This document shows, piece by piece, positions 1 through 9,960 of a stretch of DNA of 58,780 nucleotides (positions within the stretch are counted from its first letter, which is position 1; every line of letters starts with the position of its first letter). The DNA is taken from positions 1 to 58,780 of the forward strand of contig JANHCV010000019.1 in assembly GCA_025594325.1 (NCBI GenBank), read 5' to 3'. Both the position numbers and the translations under genes were made by a program. The notes beneath the pieces are model-generated. The model saw only the letters and a list, made by a program, of their open reading frames with translations, ran no database searches and was not told the origin of the DNA. Origin of the DNA: Blastocladiella emersonii ATCC 22665. Taxonomy: Eukaryota; Fungi; Blastocladiomycota.

Positions 1-510
1 CGCGAGTACTCTACGCTGACGACCGAGTTTGTGTCTGACGGGTCGGGCAACGTGGCGGGCGTGAACACGGTCAAGGTGGCGTGGCGCAAGGACGACGCTG
101 CTTCGGGGAAGTGGGTCATGGAGCAGGTGGCGGGCACGCACGCGACGTACAAGGCGGACGTGGTGCTGCTCGCCATGGGCTTCGTGGGGCCCGAGGCCGA
201 GCTCCTGACGCAGCTGGGCGTGGCGACGTCGCCCGCGACGCGCGCGGTCGCGGCGGACACGGCGAGCTACGCGACGTCGGTGCGCGGCGTGTTCGCGGCG
301 GGCGACTGCCGGCGCGGCCAGTCGCTCGTGGTGTGGGGCATCCGCGAGGGCCGCGAGGCGGCGCGCCAGATCGACGAGTACGTGCGCGGCGACGGCCGCG
401 TGTCGGCGCTGCCCACGACGGGCGGGATGAGCGCGCGCGCCTACTCGCTCGACGCGGTGCGGCTGCCGGCCGTCGCTGCGGGCGGCGGCGTGGCCACGGC
501 GGCGGTTTGA
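1..510 (+). CDS. GLT1: NADH-dependent glutamate synthase (GOGAT), C-terminal part (GltD-like oxidoreductase domain); 5' end lies outside the window
   Basis: The frame is open from base 1 (REYSTLTTEFVSDGSGNVAGVNTVKV...). It carries the GltD-family C-terminal motifs ADVVLLAMGFVGPE and GVFAAGDCRRGQSLVVWGIREGREAARQID. Stop TGA at 508-510. Confidence 0.9.
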   Translation, partial: REYSTLTTEFVSDGSGNVAGVNTVKVAWRKDDAASGKWVMEQVAGTHATYKADVVLLAMGFVGPEAELLTQLGVATSPATRAVAADTASYATSVRGVFAAGDCRRGQSLVVWGIREGREAARQIDEYVRGDGRVSALPTTGGMSARAYSLDAVRLPAVAAGGGVATAAV

Positions 511-2869
511 TTGCTTGAGAAGAACGAGACGCGAGAACGATTGGTTGTGAGGAGAATGACGTCGATATATATACACTGATATTGGCTTAGAGTCTGATTG
601 CGTCTCTCTCCCCGCTTGTTGTGGTGCGTGTGATCTCAGAGTTTGAGTGGGAGCGGGTGCACGGCAAGGGCGAGCGAACGAGTAGCTCTGCTTCTCTAAT
701 AAGCTTACAAAACGGGCGCGTCGCGCAGTAGTAGCTCCTTGGGTGCGGCGAGCCGCATCGAGACAGATGTCTTGCGAGTACATACTGATCAAGCGAGTGA
801 TCGGCCCACACAGGGCGATGGGCACCGCGCGGCGCGAAGCTGTCTGCGTGCACCAATGAGGGTTCGTGGGACATGAAAGGCCAGGTCTGACACCTCGGAG
901 CGACCAAGGAATCGACTGCAGAAACGTTGTGTTGCAAGGCGCGCGACTACTCTTCCTCGTGGTCGTATTTTGGCAGCCGAATGATGGATGCGCGCTTCAA
1001 AGGAAACATATACAAAGCGGGAATGTGACGTTGTTGCTTTTCCCTCGCAATCCGCGCAAGCACGCGATGCAGCAGCCATGGCAGGGGTTCATGAATCGGC
1101 CCACGGTCATTGGTAGCGCGGCTGGAATTGCCAACGGTCTTGCTCGCTGACAGAAGCTGAGTTAGTTGAGGACTATTGTGGCAGATTGAATGATAATGGC
1201 GTCTGAGACAATCCCGCTTTTCCCTTAAACACTACACATTGATCGGCCCGATGGGCTGAGATGTGTTCCGCGTGGGCAGCGACATCAGCGTTCACTTTGT
1301 CTTGCGAGTACAGCTACGTCACGCCACGGTTCCGTTGCAATAATTTGAAGCTTTGATTACGTTGAATCCGTGCACTGAAATATATTGTGCTTCTCTTCAC
1401 GCACACATGTCGAGGGGATCAACCAAGACGACGCGTTGCTCATAACACGTGACTATCCGCTCAGCGATCACACGCTCTCGAAGCCTCCCACGCTGGTCGA
1501 GCAAGAAAGATTGTCGGTACTTCCACCCATAACTTTACTTTGAACCACCTAGACGCTTTGCGTCTGGTCTTCAATTGAGGGCTTACGCCCTCCGCCACGT
1601 TGGAGCGACGGGTCGCATGGGAGGTCTAGCCTGCTGAAAGTCGCGCGAGACGTTTGAAGTCGCCCCTCATCATCATCAAGTTTCTTGCTACACTGATGCT
1701 CGAGCATCTCTGCGGCGCACAAACACTCACGATACCGCTTGGACTGATATATCCCTTGCGCCTCATTCTCGGCATCCCCTGTGCTCGCAACCTTCCGTTC
1801 AAGTGCACCGCTGGGCAGAACAGTCTCAAAACTCGCAGGTGAGTTTTCGCGACGGTGATGCCGTGGACGAAAGCGACCTTGGTGAACTCATTGTGCGCTG
1901 CGACATGAAGGGTGCCCAGCGGCAAAGTCGACAACGTGGACGGACGCGCGTCAGGTGCTTCGTTGACCGAGGCCGCGGTCGCGTCGCCGTCAACGTCCAT
2001 GGTGTAGTTGAAGCGTACTTGGCTGGGAGGAAGCTCGGCACGATGGACGTGCGATCTTGGCGGAGATGAAGATTGAGGCGGTGAAGAGGTTCACAAGAGA
2101 GGACGGTGAAGAGGTTCACAAGAGGAGACGGTGAGGAGGTTCACGAGAGGACAACAGGCTGTATGTGGTGGCTAATACTAGCAACTGGTCAAAGGAACAA
2201 GAGAGAGAGGGGATGCGGAGGCGCGTCGTCCGATGTGAGCGGGCCGACGCGTCGCTCGGTGAGGTGAGGCGGTCCGCGGCGATGACAAAAGAGATCGGCG
2301 CGGTGCGCGTGACGCGCGTGACGCGGGCGGGGTCGCACGCGTCCGGTGACTGTGGCGCAACGCGGTCACGTGTACTTGATGGCGTCGACAGTCGCGCTTG
2401 GGGAGCTAAAATTCAACGTTGGTTAGCTGCTGTTCATGGGCCAAAAAACATTCAAAACCGTACCCACCCTCGAAACCCGAAATGTACAAGAAGAGGACAG
2501 AGTCGCGCGGGAAACCGTAGCGGCACACTTTTCTACCGCTGTCCTTGTCCTTGTCCTTGTCCTTGCTGCGGCATTTCGTGCAGCTCGCGAGGTGGTGGTA
2601 CAGGTGCGTCTGGTGGAGGCGCAGCAGCTTAATGGAGGGCTGGAAGCCCTCTCTTTAGAGGGGGAAACCAGACCAGGGGGACTCCGAATAGACGGGTGAA
2701 GCCGAAGTGAACCGCCGTGAACCGCCGTGAACCGCCGTGAACCCGCGCGGCTCGCTCCGCGCCGCCCACGTCAGCAACCCCGCGGTGCGGCCACCGCCGC
2801 CACGTCGCCCGTCGTGTTCAAGTCGCATCCGCGCCCGCCGAGCACGCATAGGACGGCTAGCGCCCCTCT

Positions 2870-3587
2870 ATGCGTGCCAGACACCTTCGAGGGCATGGTA
2901 TGTCGTCGCTGTGACGGTGCATTCGCGTCGTGCTGAGTCAGTGCGCGCGCCAGCGAGCCGTGCACTGTCGCTAACCCGCCGACACTCAAGAAGGAGGACA
3001 GTTTGTGGGGCATGTCAAGTCCGAGGTTGTCCTCGTGGCGCGCGCCGACCTGTTTACGTCCAAGGACACGCGTATGGCGCACAGGTTTGACTGACACGCG
3101 TCCCGCCGCGACTGACCTCCAACCTTGCTTCTAGGCCACGTTTGGCGCGGCGACGGGCTCAAGCGCATGGTCGTGACCAAGCCCGAGTGGAACCGTGCCA
3201 TGCTGGCGATCAACGAGGAAGTGGACCTGGATCTCCGCGACGTCGGCGACAAGAGCGTTGGGATCTGCGCCACGGTCGCCCTTATGGTACAACTTCTCAG
3301 CGCTCGTCGTACCCTGACTCGCTCACTCAATCTGGTCCCGACTCGCACGCTGCAGGCAGCGAGCTCCCTTGTCGTCGTCGAGGAGACTGGGATCAAGCTC
3401 GACGAGGGTGACGCAGAGGTACGTGTTCAATAAGACGCGCAAGAGTCCAGGTCTGATCATGCCGTACGCTCACCACCTCGCCCACGAAAAGCTGTGCCGC
3501 AACGACCTTCCGGCCACGTACAAGCGCCTCGGTGCCTACGACATCAACAAAAAACTCAACACGCCGTCTGACCTATTCATCTGCTAG
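2870..3587 (+). CDS. Spliced hypothetical protein (about 139 aa in the simplest model; 3' exon structure ambiguous)
   Basis: GT-AG introns at 2898-2990 (CTAAC at 2971), 3072-3134, 3287-3355 and 3419-3491 join into one frame: MRARHLRGHEGGQFVGHVKSEVVLVARADLFTSKDTRHVWRGDGLKRMVVTKPEWNRAMLAINEE...LCRNDLPATYK. An alternative donor at 3518 and acceptor at 3587 are also plausible. No family recognised. Confidence 0.5.
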
Positions 3588-3759
3588 GCCAAGGTACGCG
3601 TCCTTGCTGCTGCAGTCAGCACACTACTGCCTGCCATCGCTCACTGCTGGCCTCTCGCCACCACACTGTCTAGACGTGCTGGGTTCCAACGTGCGAGCAG
3701 GACTGCCTGTCCTGTAGCTGTATATAATGTGTATTTTTTTACCCCTGCTCGCTGACTCC

Positions 3760-3988
3760 GATATCACACAATATGACGCGATGTCGCGTCATCTCGCAAG
3801 ATCTCAAACCCACCCCGATATCGGCCTAGATAGTGCTACATCGCTCGATAGCAACTCTGGTTTTCCGTGCTATCATATCGCATGATATCGTACGATATCG
3901 AACCTTGATATCGACCTAAATCCTCCAATATTGCGGGTCCGCGGCGGCCCTGGCGGGAGGTCGATATCGCGCGATCTCAAGCGATATC
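3760..3988. repeat. Cluster of seven GATATC palindromes
   Basis: GATATC at 3760, 3817, 3884, 3894, 3907, 3963 and 3983, plus near matches. Mirrored at about 54793-55021. Confidence 0.8.
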
Positions 3989-6446
3989 GCCCATTCTCAG
4001 CCAAGATCGTCATCTACGGGTTTACTGATGCAGCCGTGGGAACGCGTTGCGCCACACTCAATAGACCTTTCCGACCGCCCCCACTGTGTGGCTGAAACGC
4101 CACCACGTGAGCCAATCCCCCGTGCGACGCGGTGCAGGCTTTCCCCCCGGCGCCGCTCACATGATGATACCGCCCGGGCACAAGCCTCGGCCCGGGGGGA
4201 CAGTCGGAAAGGTGAATTGACCAGCTTTGACGCAACGCGAGCAGCGCTCGCTTGGACGCGTCGCGTCACTCCTGTCACCACTCTTCTTGCATGACACGTT
4301 TACTTGGCGCGTCGCGCGTATCGCGTCGTTAAATAAAAGCGACACTCACCTTGCGAGGAGATGACTGCAGGCTAGAGAGCTTGGGGGCGGGAGACGCGGA
4401 CGCGTTGGTCATATCCCGTGAATCGCGTGAAACACGTGCGGGACGGCGTGACTGTACGGGAGACCCATTGCACCCCACTGCGCGCGCGTCGCCTGTGCAA
4501 ACATAGAGGGCTTTAGCCCTGACTCCGTTCGGATGTATGATTTGCGGGACTCTGCTCAACTAGCTTTCCATGGTGTGGTGACAGGATGCAACGCGCGCGC
4601 TTGTGATGGGCTGGCAATGCAAGAAACCGGACGCCTTGTGGACTGAGTGAGACGAGACTGGCTTCAATTGCAGCTATGACTGATATCGTGCTAGGACTCG
4701 TCCCTCGTCGAATACAGCGGGACTCGTGAGCGCGAATCGCGATGCGTCAGGAAAACCGTGCATGTGAAGCTGTTTTTGACTTTTGCGCGCTTTCCGTTTC
4801 TCGTGTTCTGGCGCGTTGGCTGCGGAAGTGGCGGCGGGAGCTGAATATGACCAAATAGACAGCCCTTCATCTTCTGGAACGACTCCATGCACTGCGAGAT
4901 GCTCACATACGCGCACACGCAGCCAGCAACGCTTCAGCGATACGACAATCGATTGAGCGCTACAATATTTCCTGTTGTTGTGTGCCCATGAGAGGCGGGC
5001 ACCATCAAACGCTTCCCAACGCAGTGCGTGCACGTGCAATGCTTGTCTTTTCCGCGCACAAGGCTACTGAGATCAGACTCGTGATGTACGAGGGCGTGAT
5101 AATGATACCCAGCCCGTTGGCCTTGTTTCATTCATTGGACGTGAGCGACTGCTCGATTTCCTTCCAGAGTCTCAAGTAGCGCGAAAGCTATTTCTACTAC
5201 GAAAGCGGTCAACGTTGACGAGATCAACGCAATCGAAATCAAAGCTCTCAAAGAGTTGGAGCCCGAATGGAGGAGGCACTTGCGTCCGCAATGGCCATTG
5301 TGCTCCACCACTCGCGTATCCAGCTCTGCGACGTGATCAGAGTTTAAGCACTCTGACAGACCTCGAAGTGCGCCCATGTCAGACGAAGACAACGTTGTTT
5401 TTTTCAACGTTTTTTTTTTGACGTTTTTTTTTTTTTTTTTTTTGACGGGAGCAGTGGAACTCAACCACGCTTTCCGAGACGTAATAGTTGCGCTCGACGA
5501 GAAAGCCAAAGTCGCTCCACCGCCACATCTGCTGGACGTTAACGTAGTCAAAGGAAAGCGGCTGCTCGCGAGCATTGTTGGCGCCAGTCCAACAGACAGT
5601 GCGCGCTGATGCGCACATCCGCTCTTTGCACGACTACGACAGCAGGGTATATATAGCTGCTGCTGAGATTCGCCATTGAGCTGCACCAGGGGTGCGTGCG
5701 TTGCACACTCTGACTCAGCAAGCAGTAGGCGACTAGGCTGGCTAGTAAGTTGACTGAGCTCCAATGCCAGTTCACACCCTAAGCTGGAAAGAGAATGACG
5801 TGTCGAAATCGCTATAAAATAGGGAGCCAAGAAACAGGTAAAGGTTGCCTCCCCCGTTAGGTCTTGCAGATGGGCATACTTGGCAAGGAAGTGTCAGCCT
5901 TGCGTTCAACTAAGGCCTTGAATGTCTCGGTCGCTCAGCGCCAATAGCGCGGCCGTTTTTGAGCGCGCGCACTGGCGCGTTGCGCTGCTGGTCCGCGGCC
6001 GAGGCAAACGGGTTGATGTTGGAAGCGAACTGCAAGCCCTTGGAGGGGTTGCCAAAGGTACCGATGGGCGCGAACATGGGCATCTTGAGGGCTACACGAC
6101 AGATCAAACGGCGGTGCGCACAAGATAAGGATATCATCACCGCGTCGTACACAAGATAGGATCATGCACAGGAAGCGCGACAGTAGCAACCCGTGCGTCA
6201 TGTTGGCAAGGTGAACAATGACCCTAGTTGAGAGTCATTTCTTAAGCTATATGCGCCGTCAGCGCGTACGCAAGCTTGAGCGGGAACTGGGCTGAATGGA
6301 TTGTCTTGGTTAGCTTGGCCACCTTGTTTTTGAAACGGGACGGCGTGATCTTGCGGTGCAGTGGAAAGCAGCTGTCAAGACATGCGGCCCAGATTCTTGT
6401 TGGGCCAAATGATGACAACGTCAACTTCTCCATTCGTGTCGATGGA

Positions 6447-8787
6447 CTAGGGGTGGGTGCGTTGCACACTCTGTCTCAGCAGTAGGCGACTAGTCCGGCT
6501 TGCTGCCCGAACTTTGAAGTTGGTTCTCGCCCAAAGGTGAATAGAGATTACGATGCAATCGAGGTAAAGGATCGATCGCATCAGGATGGAGTCCGAGGCG
6601 ACGCGCGTGTTTCGCGGCGGCCATTGAGTTACACGCGTCGCGCACCGAGTCCTGCGCCGTGATGAGGACCTGGTCGTTTCAGTCGTCAATCCGCTCTGGA
6701 TGGTGGTCCAGCACGACGTCTGCCCAGCGCGAGCCGAGGAATTCGATCGCACGCTGCGAGGCGTTGTAGCTGCGCAGGTCCTGGAGCACGTCGAGGAACT
6801 CCGCATAGCCTGACTGCCGCATCTGCTGGACAAGGAAGAAGACCGAGTTGAAGGCGAGCCACTGGTCTCAACCGAGGTTGGCATCAGTTTGAGTTCTTCT
6901 GGCCGCTGGCCGCTCCTCGCGCTTCAACGCGTGCTTCTTCTACTGCTGCCGAGTCTCGCCGTCGACCTGCATCAAGTCTCCATCATGAGCCGCGTCCACC
7001 TCGGGCTCTGGATCGCTTTTGACCAGCTGCTCGGATGAAACCGTGAGCGAGCGCGCCATGATGGGCTCGAAGTGGAAAAAGTCGCCAAACGCGAGGACGT
7101 GAAGGCCGCCAAACAGGCGATGGTCACAGCTCGGGTACAGCGCGTCAAAGCGCAAGTGCATGGCGGCAAAGAGCTCGGCGCCGACCATGGAGATCTCGTT
7201 GATGGGGACAGCCTGGACCTTGCGGTACGAGGCTTCGAGCTCGGCCTTGGCTAAGTTGCTCATCGGCTTGGCCGCAGAGACGGCGGTATCAATACCACAC
7301 GTGGCGTGGATCGTGGAGCCGCCAATCGGCGCTGCGGCTACGCCCGTTGGCGCACAGATGTTGAGCCACGAATTGCGGCCCTTTAAAACGAACATGTCGC
7401 GAATCGAGTTGATGACACGGCTCCTACCCGTGCCCGCCTCGCCGTGGACAAGCATGAGGAGCTGCTCGACTTCAGCGCCGCCGCGCTTGATGGCATCGAG
7501 CGCCGACTCGACCCGCTTGATGACGCGTCAGAGATCAACTTGCTCGAGAGTTGCGCTGTTGTTGGTTTGTGAATCGGCGATCAGCTTGCTGGGCGACGTG
7601 TTCACGTCGTTGCGGAAGTCGTTGTTTCACCGGAGCCAGTCGCTGCCCTACTCGAGCATGTTCTCAAAGAGATCAAGCGTCCTTCCACGTGCCGCGAGCC
7701 GGTACCACTTCGTTGGTGGTGCGGAACGGCTTGAACAAGATCATGGAGATCATCGCGCGCGACTTGGTGCTGCCAATGTCGGACGACTGGCTGACCTGCT
7801 TGTTGAACAGCGGCACGGGAACGACCTTGGTCGCGCGCATCGCCACATTGAGCTTGCCAACTGCAGGATGCGTCTCGCGGAACTTGTACCGCGGCTTGGC
7901 GTGGCGACCGCGCTTGGCGCGCGGCGCGTTGCCGTCGTCGGCACGTCGTCAGGTACGGACTGCTGCGAGCGGTTTGTCGCGGCCTTGATGGGCTCCGGAC
8001 AAAGTCGTACAGCGAGTGACTCGAGCCTGCTGGGTCGGTGCATGCAGTGGTCGCTGATCGTGATCTTGTTGGTGATCGGGCGGTTCGAGAACGTAATGTA
8101 CTTGACGTCGTTATCGTCGTCCTGCTGCTCGAGCTCGCGTTCATTGTTCACTGCCGCCGCGCCGTCCTCGCCGATGCGCTGCGCGTTGGTCGTGTTGTCC
8201 GCTGCGTCTGAGCCCTCCGCGTTCGTGACCATGCACAGGAACTGGTAGAGATAGAGGGACATCTGGCGAGGTCTCAATACGCGCGACCATGTCGAGGGGC
8301 TGAATTTCTCGGGGGCAGTGCCTTAGTTGAAGCCACGAGGTTTGTATTAAGTTGAGCTGCAATCACAGCGAGAACGAGAAGCGGAGAACAGGATCTCATG
8401 ATTTCTTCAGAACTCACGCAGAGTGGGTGACACGGGAACGTCTCAAGAGAGAAAAGAAAATCCGAACTGATGAACGTTCAAAAAGTGAATTCATCATCTT
8501 GATCAACACGGGGGTAGGGAAGTGCGCAAAATGCAGAAGTGGACCAAATCGGTCGGGACTCCACAGGATGATGCTATATGTGGTGCCAACCTAGTTGCAT
8601 AGAGTGACCGAGTAAATTTTATTGGAGGATTTGGAGAAAATTGAGGAAAAGATAATTCGATCGCGAGGAAGTCGCGTGGCGCGACGCGTCGCGGTGCATC
8701 ACGTGAGAAACAGCACGATTTTGAGCTCATCGATAGCCCAGCTTGACGCGGAATTCAGCTCGACAGAAACTCAGCCTACTGCTGAGA
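6447..8787 (-). mobile_element. Helitron A: internally deleted Helitron with both termini (2341 bp)
   Basis: 5' end TCTCAGCAGTAGGCTGAG (starts TC, forms a hairpin). 3' end GCCTACTGCTGAGA + GTGCAACGCAC hairpin + CTAG|T. Internal RepHel relics: HRPSRLESL-YDFVR and ILFKPFR linker motifs, then GEAGTGRS, APTGVAAAPIGGSTIH, INEISMV and FGGLHVLAFGDFFHFEP. Confidence 0.85.
6940..7455 (-). pseudogene. Pif1-family helicase fragment (motifs I-III) of Helitron A
   Basis: Walker A GEAGTGRS (K>R), Walker B INEISM (D>N), motif III FGDFFHFEP. Stops and frameshifts on both sides. Mirror at 51326-51841. Confidence 0.85.
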
Positions 8788-9960
8788 AAAAAAGTCTTTG
8801 GCTTGTCCAATGACGCCGTTCACAATCCCACAACTATACAATGCGAAGCGAGGCATAGCTGGTGATTTGACGCATTGAGGGGTTGGCCAATATACTGCGG
8901 TGACATACAGCGGGTTGATGTTCCGTATCGTAATACTACGTGCCTTAAAGAGCAGCTTGAGACTTGATGGGGACGTGGTCAGTTAGTCTTGCTTGATGAT
9001 AGCAGTTTTGCAGGGTCGAGCATGCGCCATTTGATTTTGCTCTGACCGCTCCTCTCAATGACAAGCTGCCGCCAAAGAAGTGATCAAGTTATCAAGGGCT
9101 TGCAGACAAAATCGATGCACTCGAGGTCAAAGCTTTTGTCCAGATGATGACTGAGTTAATGCGCGTGTTTTGCGACGGCCATTGTGTTCCTTGCGCCACG
9201 CACCCAAGATCTTGTTGCGCGGCGCGCGTGATGCTCGGGTCACGCGTGCGCAACTAGCGCTAATTGTGCCACATTTGCCACTGCTGCAATCACGTCTGTT
9301 TGGCGCGAACTGCAACTGGTGACTTGCCACTTGTTTCCCTTTGCTCTCAAAAGGTGGCTGCACCCTCGCTGCAGACGTGAGCTCAAGAGCTCACGTTTTT
9401 GGATCATACAGATACCTTGGGAATCGTGTGGGATCAACACCACCAGCGCCATGTTCCCCTGCGGTACTCATCGGTTCTGCACTGTGATGAGCACACAATT
9501 GCTCCAGTTGTTGAGCCGCTCTGGATGCTGGCCCAGCACAACGTCAGCTTGACACAAGCAATGGTACCCAACCACGCGCTGCAAGATGTTGCGGTTGCGC
9601 AGGTTCTGGAGCACATTTAGGAATCCCGTGTCGCCTGACTGCCACCTTTGCTGCTGACTGCCACCTTTGCTGCACAAGGAAGACAGCAGAGTTGAGGCAA
9701 GCCACTGGTTGCAACCAAGGTTGGCGTTGGTTTGGGTTTTGCTGGCTGCTGGCAGCTCCTAGCGCTTTGACGTGCGCTTCCTTTTATTTGGCCAAGGCTT
9801 GCTATCAAAGTGCATTGGGCCTCCATCATGTGTGACAGCCACCCAAGCCCAAGGTGCGCGTTTGGCCAGCTCCTCAGATGGGAGTGTGAGCAAGCGCGCC
9901 ACAATGGGCTCAAACCGGACAAAACAGTCACCAAGCGCAAGGACGTGCAGTCCACCAAAT

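Noticed and set aside
768-1312. 15-bp direct repeat TGTCTTGCGAGTACA at 768 and 1298 as element ends or a TSD
   Set aside because: No TIR, LTR or coding evidence between the copies; a single short match is insufficient.
1626-2119. ORFs near 1.6-2.1 kb as real genes
   Set aside because: No recognisable motif and no convincing splice model; several overlapping short ORFs on both strands.
4674-5830. ORFs of 121-232 aa, including a poly-Lys ORF
   Set aside because: The poly-Lys run is a translated homopolymer. Coding-like fragments on + (GAVELNHAFRDVIVALDEK) could not be joined into a supported model.
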